Source: a virus (taxonomy: Duplodnaviria > Caudoviricetes). From it: 64,000 nt of DNA. The stretch lies in the IMG/VR virus record IMGVR_UViG_3300021431_000084. The stretch is one strand, 5' to 3'. A program made the position numbers and the translations under genes. This document shows positions 36,998-44,998 of the stretch, one piece after another; within the stretch, counting starts at the first letter, position 1, and each line of letters begins with the position of its first letter. The notes below the pieces were generated by a model. It had not been told where the DNA came from. It saw nothing but the letters and a program-made list of their open reading frames with translations, and searched no databases.

Positions 36998-37369
36998 TCA
37001 ATTATCTCTAAAGTGCTTTTCTGCATGACAATTTGCACATAATAATTGGCATTTATCTATTTCTTTATACATTGGTTCTATATCATAATGACCTCTATTG
37101 TATAAAGCCGCTATTTCAAAATCTTTTTCATTTTCATCTATATGATGAAATTGAAGTGCTCCTATACACTTATTATAACCACAAATTTCACATTTTCCGC
37201 CTTTGTATTTAACAAGTTGTTTTTTTATAGCATGACGAATTGCAGTAATAGAAGCCGCTCTTGATTTATTATCATTAAAAGAAGGACTACATTCAAAGCA
37301 ATATTTTCTACTTTCACCATGTGATTTAGTTTCAAAATCTGCTCCACATATTATACATTTCTTTGTCAT
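36998..37369 (-). CDS. HNH endonuclease
   Basis: GGKCEICGY..C..AL.FHH...C.LLCANCH...H. Confidence 0.85.
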   Translation of the reverse strand: MTKKCIICGADFETKSHGESRKYCFECSPSFNDNKSRAASITAIRHAIKKQLVKYKGGKCEICGYNKCIGALQFHHIDENEKDFEIAALYNRGHYDIEPMYKEIDKCQLLCANCHAEKHFRDN

Positions 37370-37383
37370 AATAATTCTCCTCT

Positions 37384-37459
37384 TGGTGGTCAGTGTTGGT
37401 TTCGATCCAACCTCCTATGCTCTTCAGGCATATGCTTTCACCAGATTAGCTTACTGACC
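37384..37459 (-). tRNA. tRNA-Phe(GAA)
   Basis: CTGAAGA loop, CCA. Confidence 0.88.
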
Positions 37460-37466
37460 ATGATTT

Positions 37467-37543
37467 TGGTGCCCAAGACGGGAATTGAACCCGTAAAACC
37501 CTGATTTTGAAACAGATATCTATGCCAATTCGATTACTCGGGC
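37467..37543 (-). tRNA. tRNA-Leu(CAA) lacking a long variable arm
   Basis: Leu-type D-loop GAATTGGCATAGA, TTCAAAA loop, 5-nt variable region, A73, CCA. Confidence 0.7.
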
Positions 37544-37548
37544 ATAAC

Positions 37549-37624
37549 TGGCAGGTCGTGCAGGACTCGAACCCGCAAATACGGAGTAGAAATCCGAGGT
37601 TTTATCCAGTTAGACTAACGACCC
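37549..37624 (-). tRNA. tRNA-Arg(TCT)
   Basis: TTTCTAC loop, A20, CCA. Confidence 0.85.
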
Positions 37625-37631
37625 ATATGCT

Positions 37632-37715
37632 TGGTATCCGTGGAGAGACTTGAACTCTCATGCCGCGAAGCACTAGATCCTTAGTCTAGCGTGTCTGCCA
37701 TTCCACCACACGGAC
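37632..37715 (-). tRNA. tRNA-Leu(AAG)
   Basis: CTAGA-CTAAGGA-TCTAG arm, variable arm, CCA. Confidence 0.88.
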
Positions 37716-37826
37716 ATATAATGTCATTTGCTTTCTCACTCGCAAGTGGTTTGATGCTAACTGCCAATGACTTGACGGGGAGTAGGTTTTCATCTCCCGT
37801 GAACTCCTTGAAGTCCACCCGCTATT

Positions 37827-37902
37827 TGGTGACGCGTGCCGGACTCGAACCGACATCTCCAGCTTGAGAGGCTAGCCACCTATTCCATTAGTAGAACGCG
37901 CC
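37827..37902 (-). tRNA. tRNA-Glu(CTC)
   Basis: CTCTCAA loop, CCA. Confidence 0.87.
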
Positions 37903-37954
37903 ATGTATTAAAGATATTTCCACTTAAAGCCATAAGCAGATCTGTATGTTTTAC

Positions 37955-38028
37955 TGGTGCGGGTAGGGAGAATCGAACTCCCATCTCAAGTCCCCAAAGC
38001 TCGAAGTCTTCCTTTGACCTATACCCAC
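37955..38028 (-). tRNA. tRNA-Pro(GGG)
   Basis: TTGGGGA loop, CCA. Confidence 0.82.
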
Positions 38029-38035
38029 ATTTTGA

Positions 38036-38194
38036 TGGTTAACATCTTGAATATCATAAGAATATTAAACTCTCGCAAGCTTGGTTAATGCATCGTAGTA
38101 ATTCGCCATAATTTTTCACTACTCTTTCATTTGGCGTCCGAACCACTACTTGTTTAATATTTCAAGCACCTTATGATACTCAAGATGCTAACCA
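38036..38194 (-). ncRNA. Candidate ~160-nt rod-like RNA
   Basis: 25-bp terminal helix plus a 10-bp AATATTAAAC/GTTTAATATT helix. Confidence 0.55.
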
Positions 38195-38201
38195 GTTTAT
38201 T

Positions 38202-38277
38202 TGGCACCCCCGGAAGGACTTGAACCTTCAACCTTTCGGTTAACAGCCGCTTGCTCTACCGATTGAGCTACGAGGGT
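38202..38277 (-). tRNA. tRNA-Asn(GTT)
   Basis: CTGTTAA loop, G73, CCA. Confidence 0.9.
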
Positions 38278-38315
38278 ATATTCGGAGCCGTTTAACGTCA
38301 TTGCTCAGGACGCGT

Positions 38316-38390
38316 TGGTTGCAGAGGTGGGAGTCGGACCCACTACTTCAAGGTTATGAGCCTTGCGAACAACCGTTGCTCTTCTCTGCT
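38316..38390 (-). tRNA. tRNA-Met(CAT), initiator-like
   Basis: 1:72 mismatch, CTCATAA loop, CCA; first RNA after a promoter. Confidence 0.8.
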
Positions 38391-38464
38391 ATATCTCTTA
38401 CTTTTTACATATATATTATAACAAATTTTTTCAAGTTTGTCAATAACGATTTTTTTAACAAGTT

Positions 38465-38539
38465 TGGCAGCCGTAATAGGATTCGAACCTATAACTGTGG
38501 TTCCAAAGACCATCGTGTTGCCATTACACCATACGGCCA
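38465..38539 (-). tRNA. tRNA-Gln(TTG)
   Basis: CTTTGGA loop, CCA. Confidence 0.9.
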
Positions 38540-38546
38540 TTACAAG

Positions 38547-38623
38547 TGGTGGGTTTGAGGAGACTTGAACTCCCGCCCCTCTGATTAAAAGTCAGATGCT
38601 GCTACCAACTGAGCTACAAACCC
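38547..38623 (-). tRNA. tRNA-Lys(TTT)
   Basis: CTTTTAA loop, CCA. Confidence 0.92.
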
Positions 38624-38720
38624 ATAAGGTATAAGTACAAACGAAGAAGAAAAAGCGTGAAAAAGAACTATCGTTTGTTGAGTTACTTTTATGAAAAATA
38701 AGTGAGGTACGAGATATTGT

Positions 38721-38805
38721 TGGTGCGAGTAACGGGAGTTGAACCCGTATGAATTTCTTCGATGAATTTTAAGTCCATTGTGTATGCCAATTCCACCATA
38801 CTCGC
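38721..38805 (-). tRNA. tRNA-Leu(TAA)
   Basis: CTTAAAA loop, variable arm, CCA. Confidence 0.9.
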
Positions 38806-38829
38806 ATATTGGAGAGGGCGTGAGCCCTC

Positions 38830-39231
38830 TCAAACTTCATTTATTATTACTGTACCTGAGCCAAAGCAAATTATATGTCTTTGTCCATTTTCATCATCAA
38901 AAAGTATTTGATTTTCTTCATACTCAACATCAAACTTGCCTTGATATTCCTCAATTATATCGCCATTAGCATCATATACAATAACTTGTCTTTCAATACC
39001 ACCATTGAAATTGCTGTCCTGTGTCTTTAATGCTCTTGCACCATCTTCGGTATTATGGTAATACCAAGCAGTACCTCCCCATAAAGTAGCAGTTACTATA
39101 AAAGTAACAAAGACAGAAATTATCGTTCCAATAAAACTACATTCATCATAGGCTGTATATGCAATAAAAGCCCCCAAACCTACAATACAAAATGTAAATA
39201 TTAAACAAAGAACAACTGCTCCAAGCGTCAT
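38830..39231 (-). CDS. Membrane protein (2 TM) with soluble C-terminus
   Basis: Two hydrophobic segments; R...VYD.NG..I..Y.GKFD. Confidence 0.7.
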   Translation of the reverse strand: MTLGAVVLCLIFTFCIVGLGAFIAYTAYDECSFIGTIISVFVTFIVTATLWGGTAWYYHNTEDGARALKTQDSNFNGGIERQVIVYDANGDIIEEYQGKFDVEYEENQILFDDENGQRHIICFGSGTVIINEV

Positions 39232-39470
39232 AGTAAGCCATTCTCTCTTTCTTCGGCAACCTGTTGAGAAACAACAGTAAACATCTGATCAAAGAAATGA
39301 ACCGGATCTACACCATGCTTCTCACACCAAGTATGTACGGTTGCACAAATGGCCGCAGCCAATCCAGTATCGGTTTTATACTTTTCAATGATTCGAGTTA
39401 ATTCATCAAAATTCTCGTAATCAGGAATAAACATATTCATTAACAACTTACCAAAATCGACATCGTTCAT
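39228..39470 (-). CDS. Hypothetical protein
   Basis: Follows a promoter, GAGG RBS. Confidence 0.6.
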   Translation of the reverse strand: MNDVDFGKLLMNMFIPDYENFDELTRIIEKYKTDTGLAAAICATVHTWCEKHGVDPVHFFDQMFTVVSQQVAEERENGLL

Positions 39471-39556
39471 AGGTATTAAACCTCTTTCTTATTTTTCTTA
39501 CATATATATTATATCATTTTTTTTCTTGTTTGTCAAGAAAGATTTTTCTGTGGAGA

Positions 39557-41056
39557 TTATCTCTCCACAGAAATTTGTGCATATCTATCACTTAAGATAG
39601 TGGCAAGCATAGCCTCATAAGGTGTCTTATCAAGATTAGCAAGCAAAGTCTTAAATGTAGTTGCAGAGTGACCAGACAAAAGCTGTACGCCCTTTCTGTT
39701 GGCATCTGCATGGAATGTGTCAGACTGGCTGTTTACATTCCAGAAGATGACGTTAGGAATATCGTAACCGTAGTTAGCGAACTTTCTTCTCCAATCATCA
39801 TAGAATGTACCAGAAGCACGAACACAGCCGTTAATCTGCATATCAGAGATAATTACGAGTGCCTTAGGAAGATCCTTAGCGGCGATACGGTTGTTAACCG
39901 CAGTCTCAAGAACTACTCTGAAAGCAGCATCAAGATCTGTACTTCCAGCCCAATCTGCATTAACCATGTTACGAACTCTATCACACACAGTAGCACCTGT
40001 TACAGTAACCAACTTAGGGTTAGTAGAGAAAGTCATGAACTTATTGTGGAAAGGGCCGGTCGCACGCTCTGCGAAGTACATCGCCAAGCCAACAGAAGAT
40101 GCCATAGGCAAGTTGTTGTTGCTAGTCATAGAACCAGATACGTCTGCCATAATGAGTACGTTTGTACCGTCCTCAACATAGTTAGGAAGTGCCTTCCACT
40201 GGGCCTCAAGTACATCGTCTACTGTGCAACGAGAGTTATACCAAAAGCCATAACCACCAGCATTAAGATACTTCTGGACAATATCATAAGGGAAAAGAGT
40301 ATTAGCCTTAATCTCCTTCTTACCAGACTTTACATCATCGAGATACTCAACGAATCTTGCACCGTCCTTGCGTGAGAACAAGTTACGATACTTAGTCATA
40401 GCATTAGAAGGAACCTTATCATATGCGATAGTGCTTAACTCATTTGCAGAGATAGCAATCTCAACAATCTTAAGATACTTACGAAGTGCCTTAAGAGGTA
40501 CCTTAAATGAACGAACATTCTTAAATCCCAACTTCTGGGAAGTCAAAATGCCCAACTTACGAGTTGTAGGTGAAGATGCGTCAGGTGTCTTGATCCACTT
40601 CGCAAGAAGTGAAACAGGCTTTCCGGCAAGCATTGCTGCTCTATCCTTCTCGAACTGCTCCTTCATAACTCTCCACATATCGTTCTCACACTTAGTTCCG
40701 ATAAGGAAATACAAGTCATCAAAACGACCATAGTAACCAATAAGACCAATGTTAGGTCTTACAATCTCAGGATATCTATCTGCTGCATATGCAAGCAAAG
40801 TACGGAAAGTATCTCTCTCTCCGAGACCCTCACGAACATCTCTTCCGTAGAAGAGTATCTTTGCGGCGAGCTCCTTGTCCTCTGCGCAGGCTCTGTCGAA
40901 AAGCTCGTATCTACGAGCATCAGGAGCATTACGAAGTGCTCCAATAGTAGCGAAGAGGTCTACAAGACCCTCACCTGAAGATGACAAGCACTTTCTACCA
41001 TTAGCAGTAGAAGTCCAAGAAGTCTCTCTACCAAGTAAATCTGCGAAATTAGCCAT
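39557..41056 (-). CDS. DUF2828-family TROVE/Ro60-like protein with C-terminal vWA domain
   Basis: T.NG.....SS....VDLF, K.LFY.RD.R.G.GER..F, GRFDDL, SLLAKW, I.Y..VPS.AM, EAQW..L, MIDAS DVSGS, ISDMQ, IFWNV, LSG.S. Confidence 0.88.
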   Translation of the reverse strand: MANFADLLGRETSWTSTANGRKCLSSSGEGLVDLFATIGALRNAPDARRYELFDRACAEDKELAAKILFYGRDVREGLGERDTFRTLLAYAADRYPEIVRPNIGLIGYYGRFDDLYFLIGTKCENDMWRVMKEQFEKDRAAMLAGKPVSLLAKWIKTPDASSPTTRKLGILTSQKLGFKNVRSFKVPLKALRKYLKIVEIAISANELSTIAYDKVPSNAMTKYRNLFSRKDGARFVEYLDDVKSGKKEIKANTLFPYDIVQKYLNAGGYGFWYNSRCTVDDVLEAQWKALPNYVEDGTNVLIMADVSGSMTSNNNLPMASSVGLAMYFAERATGPFHNKFMTFSTNPKLVTVTGATVCDRVRNMVNADWAGSTDLDAAFRVVLETAVNNRIAAKDLPKALVIISDMQINGCVRASGTFYDDWRRKFANYGYDIPNVIFWNVNSQSDTFHADANRKGVQLLSGHSATTFKTLLANLDKTPYEAMLATILSDRYAQISVER

Positions 41057-41088
41057 TGTCTTTTCTCCTTTATCGCTTTAGTTTTTAG

Positions 41089-41176
41089 TGGCGCTGTGGG
41101 AGAGATTCGAACTCTCAGAGCTTTCACACCCGACGGTTTTCAAGACCGCGCCTCCTCCCCACTAAGGTACCACAGC
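41089..41176 (-). tRNA. tRNA-Ser(TGA)
   Basis: CTTGAAA loop, long variable arm, G73, CCA; directly upstream of the DUF2828 gene. Confidence 0.88.
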
Positions 41177-41429
41177 GTATTTATTTCTTTAACTTTTGTA
41201 TATATATTATATCAAAAATTTTCTTGTTTGTCAATTAAAATTTTTTAGACAAATAAAAAATGTAGGTTTTCCGCACTTCCGTCAATTTCCATGCTTGGTG
41301 CTTACCCACTATTGGAGATAACTCCTCAACGCGACCTACAAACCCTTTGACTCTATGCCGGTTGTGTTCAGATACCGGAAAACTTTTTGGGGACTTTGTT
41401 TTTATGACGTTGCTCCAACCCTCGTCAAG

Positions 41430-41504
41430 TGGTGCTTGCAGCAGGAATTGAACCCGCACCCTCTGTTCCGTAGACAGAAAGTCTATCCTTTAGCCTATGC
41501 AAGC
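41430..41504 (-). tRNA. tRNA-Arg(ACG)
   Basis: CTACGGA loop, A20, CCA. Confidence 0.9.
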
Positions 41505-41663
41505 ATTATTTTCTTTTTTCAACTGATGTTTGGCTTCTTCAAGCCAATCACAATATTGAGTGAAAGAACATTCTGAATAAAAACAATTTGGTGAGTGTCT
41601 ACGAGAACACATACAACAATGTTTTGTATAAACTATATCTTGAGCCTCCATAAACACTCTCCT

Positions 41664-42395
41664 TTATGCGTAAATAACTGTTTTATCTTCAAGGCGAATT
41701 GCCGCAAGCTTTCCTCCTGCGAATACACACCCACAATCTATATTGATACTATGTTCTCTGAAATATACATCAGACTTATTAGTATCATTCCATACAAATT
41801 GTGTAGGTGTATGCCCATGAATAAGAATTTCCTCATGCTCAGGCACATAATCATTGGTTAATACATTCGTATAATTGTTAATATCACGATACCAAAGAAT
41901 ATCATCACGATTAAGATTAGGACCATACCAAGCATGAGCAATTATATAATCTTGTTTATCTTTAATACTAACCTTTTTATATAAAGGCAAAGAAGAAAAC
42001 CAATCTACTATTGGTTTTACTGAAGCAACTGTATCAAACCCAGCTTCAGACATATAAGACACAAAGTCATAAGTACAATCAAGAGCTGAAATATCAAAAT
42101 CGTCCATACTTTGTATAGATGGAGAACACCAACCTTTTAAAAATCTACGATAACAACGATTATAATCATTGATTATATTGTCCTCATGATTTCCACATAT
42201 CATTTGGTATTTACCATCTTCGGTGACATGCTCCATGGCCCATTGAATCATTTTATATGACTCAACTCCACGGTCAATAATATCACCTATCAAAATGATA
42301 CAATCATCTGGTTCAATATCAGGCATTGATAAGAGTTTCATAAATCTTGTATAACAACCATGAATATCACCAACAACCCAAGTAGCCATAAACAT
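41664..42395 (-). CDS. PPP-family Ser/Thr phosphatase-like metallophosphoesterase
   Basis: GDIHG, GDIIDRG, GNHE, HGHTP, IDCGC. Start reset to MFMATW (the ORF-track start overlaps tRNA-Cys). Confidence 0.88.
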   Translation of the reverse strand: MFMATWVVGDIHGCYTRFMKLLSMPDIEPDDCIILIGDIIDRGVESYKMIQWAMEHVTEDGKYQMICGNHEDNIINDYNRCYRRFLKGWCSPSIQSMDDFDISALDCTYDFVSYMSEAGFDTVASVKPIVDWFSSLPLYKKVSIKDKQDYIIAHAWYGPNLNRDDILWYRDINNYTNVLTNDYVPEHEEILIHGHTPTQFVWNDTNKSDVYFREHSINIDCGCVFAGGKLAAIRLEDKTVIYA

Positions 42396-42412
42396 ATCTC
42401 CTTTCTTTAATT

Positions 42413-42490
42413 TGGAGCTAATGGTGGGATTCGAACCCACGAAACAACAGTTTTGCAAACTGAGGGCTTAAACCACTTACCTACATTAGC
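42413..42490 (-). tRNA. tRNA-Cys(GCA)
   Basis: TTGCAAA loop, U73, CCA. Confidence 0.85.
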
Positions 42491-42496
42491 ATTTAT

Positions 42497-42616
42497 TGGT
42501 GGAAACTGTTGGATTCGAACCAACTCCGCTGCTCCCCAAGTGCATAGAAAACAAGTTGCTGTCTTAATCATAAACATGATCGCGTCTTAAGCGTGCTACC
42601 TTTACACCAAGTTCCC
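42497..42616 (-). tRNA. tRNA-Pro(TGG)-like gene with a ~46-nt ACAGCAA-containing insertion
   Basis: Intact acceptor, D and T arms and CCA; removing TTAAGAC...TTTTCTA restores GCTGC-ACTTGGGGA-GCAGC. Confidence 0.68.
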
Positions 42617-42631
42617 ATATATTGTTTTAGT

Positions 42632-42708
42632 TGGTGCGTACACTTGGACTTGAACCGAGGACCTCTCGCTTATCAGACGAGTGCTCTAACCTACTGAGCT
42701 ATGCACGC
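42632..42708 (-). tRNA. tRNA-Ile(GAT)
   Basis: CTGATAA loop, CCA. Confidence 0.92.
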
Positions 42709-42821
42709 ATAATGATTCAGTAACCACTCGCGTCCCACCACCCTGTTTCATGTGCCAAAGCCTTGTCCGTTACTGAAAGGTACTGGTTTGGTTTAACCTC
42801 CTGAAGCCAGTAAAAGGGAGG

Positions 42822-42897
42822 TGGAGCTTCCAGTGGGGCACGATCCCACGACCTAGTGATTACTAATCACTCGCTCTGCCAACTGAGCTACGGAAGC
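42822..42897 (-). tRNA. tRNA-Thr(AGT)
   Basis: AGTGA-TTAGTAA-TCACT arm, CCA. Confidence 0.87.
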
Positions 42898-42903
42898 ATT
42901 AGG

Positions 42904-42979
42904 TGGGGCTGGAGGTGAGACTTGAACTCACAACTTGAAACTTACAGGGTTCCCGCTCTACCATTGGAGCTACTCCAGC
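42904..42979 (-). tRNA. tRNA-Thr(TGT)
   Basis: CCTGTAA loop (C33), CCA. Confidence 0.82.
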
Positions 42980-42985
42980 GTGTAA

Positions 42986-43075
42986 ATGACCCCAGACGCG
43001 GTTTCTTCAAAACCGCTTAAAAAACAATGGCGAAGAAAAAATATTTAATCAAGATTGTTTTGCGGTTGAGGTCAT
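42986..43075 (-). ncRNA. CAGCAA-stem RNA E4
   Basis: ATGACCTC/GGGGTCAT stem, AACCGCAA, internal GCGGTTT..AAACCGC hairpin. Confidence 0.62.
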
Positions 43076-43083
43076 ATATAAAA

Positions 43084-43260
43084 ATGACTGATAGGGACTA
43101 CTTTCTCAGATTTCTGGCGAGTCTACCCCAGTGTGCCTTTTCTGGATAAAAGTTTCATAGGAATAATTTTAGCACTTTTATCAGTCTGCATTTCCCATAT
43201 TTGCATAGTAGAATTTTATACTATAAACCATTTTAATAGAATTTGCAGTTAATCAGTCAC
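43084..43260 (-). ncRNA. CAGCAA-stem RNA E5 (long)
   Basis: GTGACTGAT/ATCAGTCAT stem, AACTGCAA. Confidence 0.62.
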
Positions 43261-43265
43261 AAAAA

Positions 43266-43340
43266 TGGCGGTGATACGGGGAATTGAACCCCGGTCTCTC
43301 GGCTGACAACCGAGTATGATTACCACTATACCATACCACC
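43266..43340 (-). tRNA. tRNA-Asp(GTC)
   Basis: TTGTCAG loop, G73, CCA. Confidence 0.9.
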
Positions 43341-43551
43341 GTATAAATGCCCCGTAATATAAATCTGGTATACCAAATATAATATCTACGAGGACTTTAG
43401 GAAATTGAGTTACCTATGTACTCCGATTACGCAACGTGAATTCCCTATACGCCTGCGACATCATTTTCACACAGTACAAACTGGTCGGTTGATGTTCACC
43501 GCTAAATTGCTAAGTTTAATGACATTGGCGGGTCAATATAATTAAAATAAA

Positions 43552-44268
43552 TTATATACTATTCCATTCTTCATCACTATAAGAGTTTATCTCTTTTTTA
43601 GTGCGAGGTAAATCAAGTTTATCACAATATTTTCTAATAGCATTATCAGAACAATTAAATTGTTTACCTATTGATGTAAAACTCTGTTTTCGTATTAACT
43701 CTTTTAACACTTCTCTTGACATAGGAGCCTCTTCAGCTCTTGCTTTACCAGCACAACTTAAACATCTTATACTGTTTTTGTCAATTTCTTTTCCACAATC
43801 TATACAATAAGTTCTCTTATCTTCTTTTTTAAGATTTTTAGAACCGGTTGTAGGTAATTGCTGATTACAATTAGGACAAACCCATCTGAGATTTTCTAAT
43901 CTATCATCATTGTTTATACCATTTATATGGTCTAAAATAAGAGTTAATTCTTTTCCTTGCCATATAGGTTCTAAATTACAAATAGAACATTTGTATTCAG
44001 AATATTGACCTTTAAGATAAAACTTTCGTAATGTACTTTGGTCAGCCGTAGAATTTAGAACAAAAACATTTTCTTCTGTTCTTTTTATTCCGGGTTTTTT
44101 AACCTTTAAATTAGATACATCTATTTCTTCTTCTTCTATTCTTTTTCTTAAAGAATTATAGCTATCTCCACTTGCTGATATACCTAATTTACGCAAGACA
44201 TCTTTATAAGAAGAACTATTTTTTATTATGTTTTGCAATTCCTCTTTTGAATATTGACTTAACTTCAT
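43552..44268 (-). CDS. HNH homing endonuclease
   Basis: CSIC..W.G..L.L.LDHING...D.R.ENLR.VCPNC; extra Zn finger and HTH. Confidence 0.88.
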   Translation of the reverse strand: MKLSQYSKEELQNIIKNSSSYKDVLRKLGISASGDSYNSLRKRIEEEEIDVSNLKVKKPGIKRTEENVFVLNSTADQSTLRKFYLKGQYSEYKCSICNLEPIWQGKELTLILDHINGINNDDRLENLRWVCPNCNQQLPTTGSKNLKKEDKRTYCIDCGKEIDKNSIRCLSCAGKARAEEAPMSREVLKELIRKQSFTSIGKQFNCSDNAIRKYCDKLDLPRTKKEINSYSDEEWNSI

Positions 44269-44357
44269 TTTATTTTTCTCCTTTTCATATTATTCTCTAA
44301 TATATTATGAAAATTCGAACTAAAGTTTTTGAAGTTTTTGTCCAAAAATTGGTTCGA

Positions 44358-44435
44358 TGGTGACGCGTAGGGGGCTTGAACCCCTAATCTTCGGGTTGAA
44401 GGCCCGATGTGTTGGACCAGTTCCACTAACGCGCC
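44358..44435 (-). tRNA. tRNA-Glu(TTC)
   Basis: TCGGG-CCTTCAA-CCCGA arm, CCA. Confidence 0.85.
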
Positions 44436-44738
44436 ATGTAAATGGCTTTAAGGTCAGCCAACCACACATCATTTGCCTTAAAGTATTCAGATTTTGTTAT
44501 CTGGTCCTGTCGGGTTGTTTAAAGTCATTATTCATACTCTACCTGTCCCGACTTACAGACCACCCAAAGTGTTAGCCGTTGAATAATGACTGTATAAGTT
44601 ACTGGCTTATTTAACGTCCACGACCTTTAGAAACTTATTAGAAGGACAAACGCTTTATCATATCTCTTAACTTTCTTACATATATATTATATCATATTTT
44701 TTGAAAGTTGTCAATTAAGATTTTTTGGTTAAGAATTT

Positions 44739-44913
44739 TTATCGGCTCACACGAGGCCAGGGGGATTTGAACCCCAATCCGTTCCCATTTAAAACTGGTT
44801 CCTCTTCCGGATGAAGTGAAAGGTACTTCGCTAACGCAATACTTCTCTTTGGCTAAAGCTGATTACTCGGATGCTCCCCTGATGCATCAATCTGGCTTCC
44901 TGTCAGCCGATAA
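44739..44913 (-). ncRNA. Stand-alone ~175-nt RNA with long terminal helix and tRNA-like D/T arms
   Basis: Own TTGACA/TATAAT promoter at 44935-44964; TTATCGGCT..GCCAG/CTGGC..AGCCGATAA stem; GGGG-TTCAAAT-CCCC. Confidence 0.6.
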
Positions 44914-44998
44914 CCTTCTTAACTTTTGTATATATATTATAACATAAAAATTTTTCTTTGTCAAAGAAGATTTTTTTAGGGGTGTATAAGTATATAAA

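Noticed and set aside
38624-38692. Sixth CAGCAA-family member
   Set aside because: It forms a hairpin (ACAAACGA/TCGTTTGT) but lacks both the RTGAC stem and GCAA.
37549-44435. Suppressor tRNAs and stop-codon reassignment (CTA reading of 37549, TCA readings of 37467 and 44358)
   Set aside because: Stem registers give TCT, CAA and TTC, and long genes translate intact with the standard code.
33567-44575. Many short ORF-track ORFs across the tRNA region (e.g. 34152, 35541, 36059, 36390, 38343, 38585, 41235) and the N-terminal extensions of 33567 and 41664
   Set aside because: They overlap tRNA or ncRNA genes and lack an RBS; shadow ORFs.
33826-44913. tmRNA or group I introns in tRNAs
   Set aside because: Inserts are far too short for group I cores, and no Ala-type tRNA-like domain enclosing a tag reading frame was found.
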